Positions 49,582 through 58,772 of a DNA stretch of 64,000 nt are shown one piece after another. A program made the position numbers and the translations under genes. The stretch is from Candidatus Sericytochromatia bacterium. GTDB taxonomy: Bacteria > Cyanobacteriota > Sericytochromatia > S15B-MN24 > JAQBPE01. Where the stretch lies: NCBI GenBank assembly GCA_036675505.1, contig JAKFEW010000043.1, positions 3,228 through 67,227 of the forward strand, given 5' to 3'. Position 1 is the first letter of the stretch, and each line of letters begins with the position of its first letter. The notes below the pieces were generated by a model. The model had not been told where the DNA came from and did no database searches. It was given only the letters and a program-made list of their open reading frames with translations.

Positions 49582-49974
49582 CTAGCGCGAGCCGACCGAT
49601 ACGCCTTGCATGATCGCGTGCGCCACCTGTTCGCCGAAGTGCTCCGGCTCGATCGGCTTCGAGATGTAGCCGTCGAACCCGGCCTGGAGCAGCCGCTCGC
49701 GATCGCCCAGCATGGCGAGCGCCGTGAGGGCGATGACGGGCGTGGCCTTCGCGAGGCCCCCCGCCTTCAACGCCGCGACCACCTGGAGGCCGTCGAGGCC
49801 GGGCATGTGGACGTCGAGCAAGATCAAATCGAAGCGCTCGCGAGCCACGAGCTCGAGGCCGCTGGCGCCGTTGTCCGCGGCGGCCACCGCGAACCCCAGG
49901 GCGGCCAGCAGGTAGCACACGAGCTCGAGGTTCGTGGGGTGATCCTCGATCACCAGGATCCGCTCGCCCGCCAT
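49582..49974 (-). CDS. Single-domain response regulator (REC only)
   Basis: It has ILVIEDHPTN, the phospho-acceptor LILLDVHMP, and ISKP. The ATG 49974 / GTG 49977 start overlaps the stop of the upstream 10-PAS kinase. Confidence 0.9.
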   Translation of the reverse strand: MAGERILVIEDHPTNLELVCYLLAALGFAVAAADNGASGLELVARERFDLILLDVHMPGLDGLQVVAALKAGGLAKATPVIALTALAMLGDRERLLQAGFDGYISKPIEPEHFGEQVAHAIMQGVSVGSR

Positions 49975-52900
49975 CACGCCTCCATCGGCAGCACCAGGCT
50001 GAAGGTGCTGCCCCGGCCGTAGTCGCTCACGAGCTCGATCGACCCGCCGACCAGATCGGCGAGCTTCTGGCTCACGTACAGCCCCAGCCCCGTCCCCTCC
50101 TGCACAGGCTCGGTGGGTTTCGCGAACTGCTGGAACGCGTTGAAGAGCTTCTCCTGGTCTTCCTGGCGGATGCCGATGCCGGTGTCGATCACATGGATCG
50201 CGAGCGCCCGCCCGCCCGACGCCGTGCGCTGCTCGAACTCGATCCGCACGGCGCCCGTGGCCGTGAACTTGATCGCGTTGGTGACCAGGTTGATCAAGAT
50301 CTGGCTCACCGTGCGGCGATCGCTGCGCACCACCACGGGCGCCGACGGGACGACCAGCTCCAGCCGCAGCTCCTTCGCGTCCGCGAGCGGCTGCAACGTG
50401 GCGGCCACGTCCTCGGCCACGGCCTGGCAGATCAGGGGCTCCAGGTGGAGATCGATCTTGCCGGACTCGATCTTCGCGAGGTCGAGCAGATCGTTGATCA
50501 GCGAGAGCAGGTGCCGGCTGCTGGTCTGCACGGTGCGCAGCTGCTTCGTCTGCTCGCCGTTGACCGGGCCCGGCAGCCCCATGATCAAGGTGCCCGTGAA
50601 GCCGATGATCGCGTTGAGCGGCGTCCGCAGCTCATGGGACATGCGGGCGAGGAAGCGATCCTTGGCCTGGTTCGCGGTCTGCAGCTCCACGTTCTTCTCC
50701 TGGAGCGCGTGCTCGATGCGCTTGCGCTCGGTGACGTCGCGGGCCGCCGCGAAGACGCCTTGCAGCTTGCCCGCGCGATCGAAGAACGTCGCCGCGTTGT
50801 AGGAGACGACGGTCTGCCGGCCGTCCTTGCTCTGCGCGGTCAGCTCGTAGTTCCTGACCGTGCCCTCCCGCAGCACCTGGCGGATGCCGTCCTCGGCGCG
50901 CTCGGCGTCCGTGAAGTAGTTCTTGAACGGCGAGCCGATCAGCTCCTCGCGCGGCGTGCCCGTCAGGGCCTCCATCTGCTCGTTGACGTCGGTGATGACG
51001 CCGAGCGGATCGGTGGTCATCAGCGCGTCGATGTTCGACTCGATCAGCGAGCGGGTGTAGGCCTCGGAGTCGCGCAGCTGCTGCTCGAGGGTCTTCTGGG
51101 CCGTGATGTCGCGCGCTGCGGCGAGGATGCCCATGGGCGCACCGGTCGCGTCGGTGAACACGCCCGCGTTGAAGCTGACCGCGATCCGCCGGCCCAGCCG
51201 CGTGATCAGCACCAGCTCGTAGCCGATCACGCGCCCGGCGCCGAACGTCTGCAGGACGCCCTGGGAGGCACCGGCCGGCTCGGTGAAGTATTCCGCGAAG
51301 ACCGAGTTGACCAGGTGCTTGCGCGAATAGCCCGTGAGACGCGTGGCCTCCTCGTTCACGTCGGTCACGATGCCATCCGGCGCGATCGCGAACAGGGCGT
51401 CCGCCGACGATTCGATCAGCGACCGGTTGTACGCCTGCTGCTCGGCGAGCTTGCCCTGCAGCGAGGCCTGTTCGGAGATGTCGCGGGCCGACGCGAAGAT
51501 GCCCTGGATCATGCCATCCGCGGCCCGGAAGATCGACGCGTTGAACGAGACCGTCGCGCGCCGTCCGCTGCGCGGCTTGAGCGTCAGCGTGTAGTTGGTC
51601 ACCACCTCCTCCGCGAAGGTCCGGCGGACGCCGAGATCGGCGCGCTCAGGCTCCGTGAAGTAGCCCTTGAAGGGCGACCCCACGAGGTCCTCGCGCGGCG
51701 AGCCGACCATGCGGCAGAACTGCTCGTTCACGTCCGTGACGTAGCCCTCGGGGTCCACGGTGACGAGGCCGTCCACCGAGGACTCGATCAGGCCGCGGAG
51801 GTAGGTCTGTTGCTCACGCAGGCGTTCCTCCAGCCGGACGCGGTCGGTGATGTCGCGCGCGGAGGCGAAGATGCCGCGCACGCTGCCCGACGGATCGCGG
51901 AAGACCGAGGCGTTGAACGAGACCTGTAGCTGCCGCCGCGAGCGGGCCACCAGCGTGAGCGCGTACTCCGTCACCATCTCCGACTCGAGCGTCCGCTGGA
52001 CGCCCAGCCGCGCGCGCTCGGGCTCCGTGAAGTAGTCGGCGAACGGCGAGCCCAGGAGCTCGGCGCGGCCGTAGCCCGTCATCTGGCACATGCGGTCGTT
52101 GATGTCGGTGATGATGCCGCCCGGATCGACGGTGATCAGGCCGTCCACCGACGACTCGATCAGGCCGCGGAGGTAGACCTGTTGGTCGCGGAGCTGCTGC
52201 TCCAGCGCCTTTTGCTCCGTGATGTCGCGCGCGGCCGCGAACACGCCCTGGAGGTTGCCCGCCGCGTCGTGGAACCTGACCGCGTTGTACGAGACGACCG
52301 TGCGGCGCCCGTCCTTGCTCAGGGCCGTGAGCTCGTAGTTCGTGACCTGGGCCTCGCGCAGCACCAGCTTGATGCCGTCCTCGGCCAGCTTGGGGTCCGT
52401 GAAGTAGAGCTTGAAGGGGGTGCCGATCAGCTCCTCGCGGGTCCGCCCGGTCAAAAGCTCCATCTGCTTGTTCACGTCGGTGATGATGCCGAGCGGGTCG
52501 GTGGTCATCAGCGCGTCGATGTTCGACTCGATCAGCGAGCGCGTGTAGAACTGCGAGGCCTGGAGCTGCCCTTCCAGGGTCTTCTGCGCGGTGATGTCGC
52601 GCGCCGAGGCGAAGATGCCCTTGATCTCGCCCGCTGTGTCGCGGAAGATCGCGGCGTTGAACGAGACCGGCGTGGGCTTGCCGTCGACGCTCTGGAGCGT
52701 GAGGACGTAGTCCTTCACGAGCCCGTCGCGGAAGGTGAGGCTCACGCCTTCGGCCGCCTGGTCGCGCTCGGCGAAATAGGACGGGAACGACGAGCCGATC
52801 AGCTGGGAGCGCCGCCGGCCGACCATCCGGCACATCGTCTCGTTGACGTCGGTGATGGTCATGTTCTGGTCGACGGTCACCAGGCCGTCCACCGAGGCCT

Positions 52901-54500
52901 CGATCAGGCCGCGGCTGTAGGCCCGCTCCTCGGCGACCTGCGTCTGCAGCCGCTTCTGCTCCGTGATGTCGCGGGCCGAGGCGAAGATGCCGCGCACGCT
53001 CCCGTCGGCCTCCCGGAAGGTCGCGGCGTTGAAGGAGACGAGGCGCTCGGTGCCGTCCTTGTGCCGCAGCGTGAGCTCGTAGTTCTCGGCCGCGCCGGTG
53101 TCGAGCGTGAGCCGGACGCCGTCCGCGGCCCGACGCTGGTCCACGAAGAAGTGCGTGAAGATCGCGCCGATCAGCTCCGTGCGCCCGTAGCCGATCATGC
53201 GGCACATGGTCTCGTTGACGTCGGTGATGGTCAAAAGCGGGTCGACGGTGATCAGGCCGTCGAGCGACGCCTCGATCAGGCCCCGGTTGTAGTTGCGCTC
53301 CTGGTCGAGCTGGGCCTGCAGCCGGGCTTGCTCGGTGATGTCGCGCGCCGAGGCGAAGATGCCCTTGACCGAGCCACCCGGATCGCGGAAGACGGAGGCG
53401 TTGAACGAGACCTGGATCTGGCGGCCGTCGCGCGTGGCGAGCGCGAGCACGTAGTCCTTGACGATGCCCAGGTCGAAGGTCTCCTGGACGCCGCGCGTGG
53501 CCTGGGCCGGGTCGAGGAAGTACTCGGCGAACGGCGAGCCGATCAGCTCCTCGCGCGGGAAGCCGGTCAGGCGGCACATCGTCTCGTTCACGTCGGAGAT
53601 GAGGCCGTCCGGGCTGACGGTGATCAGGCCATCGACCGAGGCCTCGATCAGGCCCCGGTTGTACGACTCCGATTCGCGCAGCTGGCGCTCGAGGCCCTTT
53701 TGATCGGTGACGTCGCGGGCGGCGGCGAACACGCCCTGGAGCCTGCCCGACTGGTCGCGGAAGGTCGAGGCGTTGAGCGAGACCAGCGTCGCCTGGCCCT
53801 CCGGGCCGAGCGCGGCGAGCTCGTAGTTCGTCAAGCGGCCCTCGCGCACGACGAGCCGGATGGCCTCCTGCGCGCGCTCGGAGTTGGTGAAGTGGCGCTT
53901 GAACGGCGCACCGATGAGCGCCTCGCGCGTGCAGCCGGTCATGAGCTCCATCTGCCGGTTCACGTCGGTGATGAAGCCGAGCGGATCGGTGGTCACGAGG
54001 GCGTCGATGTTCGACTCGATCAGCGAGCGCGTGTAGTACTGCGACGCCTGGACCTCTTGGGTCAGCCGGATCTCGTCCGAGATGTCCTTGGAGATCAGGA
54101 GGAAGCCGACCAGCTTGCCGTGATCATCGCGTCGCGGCGTGACGACCACGCGGGCGGTGAACTGCTCGCCGTTCTTGCGCACGCGCGGCAGCGTGCCCTC
54201 GAACTTTCCTTCCTCGACAGCGGTCACCAGGATCTGGCCCGGGCGCCCGCCCGCGGCGTCCTCGCGGGTGTACAGGATCGCGGAGTCGGCGCGCCCCACG
54301 ACCTCGCCGTGCGAATAGCCGTAGATGCGCCGGGCGCCCTCGTTCCAGAGCGTGATCACGCCTTCGAGGTCGAGCGAGATGATCGAGTAGAGCGTCGAGG
54401 CCTCGAGCACGCTCGCCATGAGCGTCGTGGCCTCCTGCATCTGCTCGGTCAAGCCGGTTTCCGGGCCTGCGCCGGCGGCGCTGGCGGGTTCGACGGTCAT
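49974..54500 (-). CDS. Giant soluble histidine kinase with ten tandem PAS domains
   Basis: The start was set to ATG 54500 (GGGAGAAG upstream); ATG 54551 is the longest alternative. Ten modules of about 124 aa each end in (F/L)A(A/S)ARD(I/V)(T/S). These are followed by SHELRTPLNAIIGF, NLVTNAIKFT, DTGIGI and GTGLGLYVS. Confidence 0.9.
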   Translation of the reverse strand: MTVEPASAAGAGPETGLTEQMQEATTLMASVLEASTLYSIISLDLEGVITLWNEGARRIYGYSHGEVVGRADSAILYTREDAAGGRPGQILVTAVEEGKFEGTLPRVRKNGEQFTARVVVTPRRDDHGKLVGFLLISKDISDEIRLTQEVQASQYYTRSLIESNIDALVTTDPLGFITDVNRQMELMTGCTREALIGAPFKRHFTNSERAQEAIRLVVREGRLTNYELAALGPEGQATLVSLNASTFRDQSGRLQGVFAAARDVTDQKGLERQLRESESYNRGLIEASVDGLITVSPDGLISDVNETMCRLTGFPREELIGSPFAEYFLDPAQATRGVQETFDLGIVKDYVLALATRDGRQIQVSFNASVFRDPGGSVKGIFASARDITEQARLQAQLDQERNYNRGLIEASLDGLITVDPLLTITDVNETMCRMIGYGRTELIGAIFTHFFVDQRRAADGVRLTLDTGAAENYELTLRHKDGTERLVSFNAATFREADGSVRGIFASARDITEQKRLQTQVAEERAYSRGLIEASVDGLVTVDQNMTITDVNETMCRMVGRRRSQLIGSSFPSYFAERDQAAEGVSLTFRDGLVKDYVLTLQSVDGKPTPVSFNAAIFRDTAGEIKGIFASARDITAQKTLEGQLQASQFYTRSLIESNIDALMTTDPLGIITDVNKQMELLTGRTREELIGTPFKLYFTDPKLAEDGIKLVLREAQVTNYELTALSKDGRRTVVSYNAVRFHDAAGNLQGVFAAARDITEQKALEQQLRDQQVYLRGLIESSVDGLITVDPGGIITDINDRMCQMTGYGRAELLGSPFADYFTEPERARLGVQRTLESEMVTEYALTLVARSRRQLQVSFNASVFRDPSGSVRGIFASARDITDRVRLEERLREQQTYLRGLIESSVDGLVTVDPEGYVTDVNEQFCRMVGSPREDLVGSPFKGYFTEPERADLGVRRTFAEEVVTNYTLTLKPRSGRRATVSFNASIFRAADGMIQGIFASARDISEQASLQGKLAEQQAYNRSLIESSADALFAIAPDGIVTDVNEEATRLTGYSRKHLVNSVFAEYFTEPAGASQGVLQTFGAGRVIGYELVLITRLGRRIAVSFNAGVFTDATGAPMGILAAARDITAQKTLEQQLRDSEAYTRSLIESNIDALMTTDPLGVITDVNEQMEALTGTPREELIGSPFKNYFTDAERAEDGIRQVLREGTVRNYELTAQSKDGRQTVVSYNAATFFDRAGKLQGVFAAARDVTERKRIEHALQEKNVELQTANQAKDRFLARMSHELRTPLNAIIGFTGTLIMGLPGPVNGEQTKQLRTVQTSSRHLLSLINDLLDLAKIESGKIDLHLEPLICQAVAEDVAATLQPLADAKELRLELVVPSAPVVVRSDRRTVSQILINLVTNAIKFTATGAVRIEFEQRTASGGRALAIHVIDTGIGIRQEDQEKLFNAFQQFAKPTEPVQEGTGLGLYVSQKLADLVGGSIELVSDYGRGSTFSLVLPMEA

Positions 54501-54629
54501 CGGGGCTTCTCCCGCGCGGGCGCCGACCGCGCGGTCGGCGAAGGGCAACATCGTATTTCGGCAAGGCGAGCGGCGAATCCGTACCCGCTACGGATGACAG
54601 CGGGCGGCCTGGCGCCGGGCCGGAGCCCG

Positions 54630-56999
54630 TCAGGCCGCGGCGGTCGACCCGATCGCGAGGGTCGGCAGCACGACGGTGAACGCGGCGCCGCTGCCGGGCA
54701 GGCTCTGCATCTCCAGCCGGCCGCCGTGCATGGCGACGATCCGGTAGGCGAGCGGCAGGCCGAGCCCGATCCCGCCCTTGCGCTGCGAATCGCCGAGATC
54801 GGCCTGGCCGAAGGCCTCCCAGACGCGGGCGCGCACATCGGGGGCAATGCCCGGGCCGCTGTCCCAGATGGTGATGCGCACCTCGTTCGCGGTGCGGGTG
54901 GCGCGCACCCCGAGGGCCCCCTGCTCGGGCGTGAACTTGATCGCGTTGTCGAGCAAGAGGCCGAGGGCCTGGCCGAGCCGGCGGCCGTCCGCATCGACGA
55001 CGAGCGGGGCGTCCGGGACCTCCATCGTGAACTGGAGCGCCTTCGCCTGGAGCGGCGCCTCGAGCGTGTACGGCAACGCGTCCAGGATTTCCCGCAGATC
55101 GAGCTCCACCGGCGACATCGCCAGGTGGCCGCCGAGCACGGCCGCGTAATCGAGGACGTTCGTCAGCTGGGTCTGGAGGCGGTCGACGCCTTCCCGCAAG
55201 CCCGCGAGGAACTCGTCGTCCGGGTGGGCGTCCTCGATGAGCTCGGCGTACCCCTGGATCAGCGACAGCGGCGTCTTGATCTCATGGGACAGCGAGGAGA
55301 AGACGTGATCGCGGATGCGCGCGAGCTCCTTGACCCGCTCGAGCTCGACCGCGCCGCGGACGATCGCCTCCGACGCGCGGACGCGCTCGGTGACGTCGCG
55401 CAACATCCAGACCGTGAAGAGCCCTTCGGACAACGCGAGGTCGTACGACTCGCTCTCCACCAGCACCTCGCGCCCGTCGGGGTGGATGATGGCGACAGGC
55501 CCGCGCCGGGCCGCATCCGCCGTGGCCGCGGCGGCCGGCGCGACCGCCGAAACGCAGGCCCCGAGCATGGCGCAGCGGGGCTGACCCAGCAGCCGCTCGA
55601 TGGCGAGGTTCGCGTACTCGATGCGATCATCCCGGCCAACGATCATGATCGCCGCGTCCGCGATCTCGACGATGCCCCGGAACTTCGCCTCGTTGGCGCT
55701 CAGCTCCGCCTCCAAGTTCTTCCGGGTGGTGATGTCGCGGGCGATCATGGTCACGCCGGCGATCGCACAGGCGGCGTCGCGGATCGGCGAGCATGACAGG
55801 GAAACATGGATCTCGCGGCCGTCTTTCCGCCGGCGCGTGGTCGCGTAATCATGGACGGGAGAGCCTTTCAGGAGCTGCTGGATCAAGTAGGCGAATTCGC
55901 CCCGGCGGGCGTCCGGCACGAGCGTCTCGAGCGGGCGCCCGATCATCTCGGCGGCCGAGAAGCCGAAGATCCTTTCCGCACCGGGGTTCCAGCTGGCAAC
56001 GAGGCCATCCGGCGTGATGCTGACGATCGAATCGGAGGTCGCTTCGGCGAGCGCCGTCAGGTGGGCCTTGGCCAACGCCGCCTCCCGCAGCGCGGCTTCT
56101 TGCCGGCTCAGGTCGGCGTGGACGCGATCGTACGCGCGAATGCCCTGCCAGAGCATGGCCAGGCCGGCGGTGAGCAGCAGCCCCGTGAGGAGCGGCTGGC
56201 CGTGCGCCGCGGCCAGGCCGGCGCCCAGGATCAGCACGAGCAAGAGCGGCGCCGGCAACGGCAGGGCGCGCGAAACCGCCGCGCGGGCGGATGCCGTCTC
56301 CGGGGTCTCGGGCGCGATGCTGGCGCGCGCCGCCAGGACGCCGACGAGCAGGGCGCCCAGGGCGATCGCGCCCGCCGGCGGGAGGCTGACGATCTCGGCC
56401 AGCCCGGGCGGGAGCGCCGGGCCGGCCAGCAAGCCGATCACGGGCACGGTCAGGACGGCGGTGGCGACGATCGCGGACTGCTCCGCGACCCCCGCGCGGG
56501 CCCCGCGCGCCACGTCGAGGGTCGCGAGGGCCAGGCCCAACAGGACGTAGGCGGCGCCGCTCACGGGATACACCGATCGCCCGAGCGTGACCCCGCCCAG
56601 CCGCTGCAACGCGGCCCAGGCGTCGGCGAGGGGGGCCAGGCCCGCCGCGAAGGCGAGCCCATCGATGCCGATGATGACGACGGCGATCGCGCTGCCCCGG
56701 GCCACCTGCCGAAGCGCGGGACGCTCGCCGCCGGCCAGCCAGCACAGGAGCGAGGTACCCGCCGACAGGAGCGCGAGCGCGCTCGCCGCCGTCACCGTCA
56801 GGTCGTCCGCGTGGTGGCCCGCGAGCCACCACGCGAGGCCGGTCGGCCAGCCCGCCAGCAGGAACGCGCCGGTGGCGATGGCGACGAGCGCGGCCACGAC
56901 CGAGGCCAGCGGCAGCGGGTCGCGCAGGCCGGACAGGCGCCCCTGCAGGGAAGGCTCACTCGAGGAAACGCTGACCAGACCTGGGTTTACGAAGCTCAT
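54630..56999 (-). CDS. Membrane sensor histidine kinase (polytopic N-terminus, two PAS, HisKA, HATPase)
   Basis: ORF 54630..57077 was trimmed to ATG 56999, which has GGAGG 5 nt upstream. The first roughly 300 aa are hydrophobic. It has PAS domains (SITPDGLVASWNPGAERIFGF), the H-box SHEIKTPLSLIQGY, LLLDNAIKFT, DSGPGI and GIGLGLPLA. Confidence 0.85.
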   Translation of the reverse strand: MSFVNPGLVSVSSSEPSLQGRLSGLRDPLPLASVVAALVAIATGAFLLAGWPTGLAWWLAGHHADDLTVTAASALALLSAGTSLLCWLAGGERPALRQVARGSAIAVVIIGIDGLAFAAGLAPLADAWAALQRLGGVTLGRSVYPVSGAAYVLLGLALATLDVARGARAGVAEQSAIVATAVLTVPVIGLLAGPALPPGLAEIVSLPPAGAIALGALLVGVLAARASIAPETPETASARAAVSRALPLPAPLLLVLILGAGLAAAHGQPLLTGLLLTAGLAMLWQGIRAYDRVHADLSRQEAALREAALAKAHLTALAEATSDSIVSITPDGLVASWNPGAERIFGFSAAEMIGRPLETLVPDARRGEFAYLIQQLLKGSPVHDYATTRRRKDGREIHVSLSCSPIRDAACAIAGVTMIARDITTRKNLEAELSANEAKFRGIVEIADAAIMIVGRDDRIEYANLAIERLLGQPRCAMLGACVSAVAPAAAATADAARRGPVAIIHPDGREVLVESESYDLALSEGLFTVWMLRDVTERVRASEAIVRGAVELERVKELARIRDHVFSSLSHEIKTPLSLIQGYAELIEDAHPDDEFLAGLREGVDRLQTQLTNVLDYAAVLGGHLAMSPVELDLREILDALPYTLEAPLQAKALQFTMEVPDAPLVVDADGRRLGQALGLLLDNAIKFTPEQGALGVRATRTANEVRITIWDSGPGIAPDVRARVWEAFGQADLGDSQRKGGIGLGLPLAYRIVAMHGGRLEMQSLPGSGAAFTVVLPTLAIGSTAAA

Positions 57000-57181
57000 G
57001 GCGCCTCCGAGGGATGTCGACGTTGCAATCGGCAGACCGGAGCCCATAATTTGCCACATAACGCGGTTCGTGCCCATCGGCAGAAAACCCTGACGACACG
57101 CCTCGGCATCGGTAGCAAGTGCTTATCTGGCTGGCCTCACCTTGCTTCCAGGCAGACAACAATTTTTTCGACAGGGCAAGG

Positions 57182-57790
57182 TCAGACGGTGCTAGAGGGC
57201 CGATCGGCCAAGAGCTCGTCCGTCCGGCGCGCCGCCACGGCGATGTGCTCACGGACGTGGGCGACGGCCTGCCGCGCCGGGCCGTCGAGCGCGTCCAGCC
57301 CGACGAGGGCCGCGTGCAGCGCGCCTCGGATGTCGTCCGCGAGCGCGTCCTGGAGCTCGCGGACCCGGGCCTGGGCGCTCCTCGCGGCGTCGGCGGCCCG
57401 CAGCGTCTGGGTCAGGCGCGCCACGAGCTCGTCCATGAGAAACGGCTTCGTCAGGTAGCCGTCGGCGCCCAGGGCGAAGCCCCGCGCGATCATCTCGGGC
57501 TCGCGGTAGTGGGCCGTCAGCAGCAACACCGGGACGAAAGCCGTGGCGGGCTCCTGGCGCAGGCGCGTGAGGACGTCGAAGCCGTCCATCGCCGGCATGC
57601 TCAGGTCCAGGACGATGGCGTCGGCCGAATTTTCAGCCACCCAGGCGAGGCCTGCGGGCCCATCCGCCACCGCCGCGACGCGGAAGCCGTGGCCGGTGAG
57701 GACGTCGTTGAGAAGGACGCGGTTGTATTCCTTGTCGTCGATGACGAGGATGGTGGCGCCCGAGAAAGTGGCGTCGCGCATAACGGACAT
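57182..57790 (-). CDS. Response regulator: REC plus about 75-aa helical C-terminal extension with no recognisable DNA-binding domain
   Basis: It has ILVIDDKEYN, the phospho-acceptor AIVLDLSMP, and LTKP. The tail is Ala/Arg/Leu-rich. Confidence 0.85.
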   Translation of the reverse strand: MSVMRDATFSGATILVIDDKEYNRVLLNDVLTGHGFRVAAVADGPAGLAWVAENSADAIVLDLSMPAMDGFDVLTRLRQEPATAFVPVLLLTAHYREPEMIARGFALGADGYLTKPFLMDELVARLTQTLRAADAARSAQARVRELQDALADDIRGALHAALVGLDALDGPARQAVAHVREHIAVAARRTDELLADRPSSTV

Positions 57791-58078
57791 GACCCCCGGT
57801 ACTGATCGCTCGTGCCGATGCTGGCCTGCAGGCGCAGCACTGGAATTTTAACATAGGGGACCTGGTTGTCCGAATTTGCGATTCGCAGAAGCATCGCCGG
57901 GACGATTGTTGAAAGGAAGCCGATTGGTTCGGTCACGGTGAAATGCACCGAGAACCTGAGCACATGATACCAACGGCGAATGGCCTTGATCGCCCCAAGA
58001 TGACCCTATTCGGTTATGTCCCAGCGCCACCTCTCGATCATCGGGACGGGGGCGGCTTCGCCGGAAAGAGGTGAATCT

Positions 58079-58540
58079 ATGGTCGATCTGAAGAGGTTTT
58101 CGCTCCCGCTCGCGGTCACGGCCGCCGCGTTGTTCTCGCTCGCCGTCGCGGCGCCCGCCTCGGCGCAACCCGGGCCGGGCGGCCGGGGCCCTGGCGCGTA
58201 CGACCGCGTCTACGACCCGGCCAAGGTCGAAACGGTCAGCGGAAAAATCAGCGCGATCGATCGGCGGACCGCCTGGCGCCCCGGCCGGATGGGCATCCAC
58301 CTGACGGTGCAGACGGCCACCGGAGCCTTGCCCGTGCACCTCGGTCCGGCCTGGTTCATCGACACCCTCGAGCCGGCGCTCAAGGTCGGCGAGACCATCA
58401 CCGTGAAGGGCTCTCGGGTCATGTTCGACGGCAAGCCCGCGATCATCGCCGCGTCGGTCACGCGGGGCCAGGACACCATCGAGCTACGTGATACCAGCGG
58501 GCGACCGGTCTGGGCCGGCTGGCGCCGCGGGATGCCTTGA
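58079..58540 (+). CDS. Secreted protein of a conserved uncharacterised family (possibly MamS/MamX-like; unsure)
   Basis: ORF 58016..58540 was trimmed to ATG 58079, which has GAGGTG upstream. It has a signal peptide (LFSLAVAAPASA). The pattern VSGKISAIDRR..GRMGIHLTVQT..LPVHLGPAWFI..LKVGETITVKGSRVMFDGKPAIIAASVTRG..IELRDTSGRPVWAG recurs in periplasmic proteins that often carry Gly/Met-rich N-termini. Confidence 0.65.
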   Translation: MVDLKRFSLPLAVTAAALFSLAVAAPASAQPGPGGRGPGAYDRVYDPAKVETVSGKISAIDRRTAWRPGRMGIHLTVQTATGALPVHLGPAWFIDTLEPALKVGETITVKGSRVMFDGKPAIIAASVTRGQDTIELRDTSGRPVWAGWRRGMP

Positions 58541-58596
58541 GATGCTCCCGCTCGGCCAGGTCGCAGCGCGCAGCGCGGAGCTCCCGGCCTGAGCCA

Positions 58597-58633
58597 TTGA
58601 CATCTTAACTACATAACTATATAGTAATACTAT
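58597..58633 (+). promoter_or_regulatory. Near-consensus sigma70-type promoter (TTGACA-17 nt-TATAGT) with nested palindromes over the -10 and TSS
   Basis: TTGACA lies at 58597-58602 and TATAGT at 58620-58625. A 10-bp palindrome, ACTATATAGT, lies at 58616-58625. A 6-1-6 palindrome, ATAGTA-A-TACTAT, lies at 58621-58633. Together they form an isolated AT-rich block in GC-rich DNA. Confidence 0.6.
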
Positions 58634-58655
58634 TGCTCCGTAGAAGAGTTTCTCA

Positions 58656-58763
58656 ATGTCTACGCCGAGCGAAACCGGAAACGCCATCGAGCTCGTGAAG
58701 CTGGAGACGGCCAGCGAGGGCGGCACCGAGGTGTACGTCCACTACCTGACCCGCAAGGCCTAG
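58656..58763 (+). CDS. 35-aa mini-ORF resembling only the C-terminal tail of TusA-family sulfur carriers
   Basis: It encodes MSTPSETGNAIELVKLETASEGGTEVYVHYLTRKA. For comparison, the TusA C-terminus reads ...G(H/E)ELV..EE.DG.Y.YLIRK. The Cys-Pro-x-Pro active site is absent, and a TAG stop lies 4 codons (12 nt) upstream of the ATG. Its own RBS is weak, and its TAG overlaps the AGGAGG of the next gene. Confidence 0.4.
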   Translation: MSTPSETGNAIELVKLETASEGGTEVYVHYLTRKA

Positions 58764-58772
58764 GAGGCACCC

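Noticed and set aside
54577-54595. An ATCCGTA-CCCGC-TACGGAT hairpin between the two large minus-strand kinase genes.
   Set aside because: The 7-bp stem is perfect, but no U-tract follows it on the transcribed strand. It could be an mRNA-processing or stability element, but there is no support beyond the stem itself.
57791-58078. An AT-richer 288-bp intergenic region, scanned for sigma54 (TGGCAC-N5-TTGC) and other promoters and for sRNA hairpins.
   Set aside because: The best candidate (TGGCCTTGATCGC) has the wrong GG-GC spacing. Only 5-bp palindromes (CGGTG..CACCG, TGCGA-T-TCGCA) were found, and these are not distinctive.
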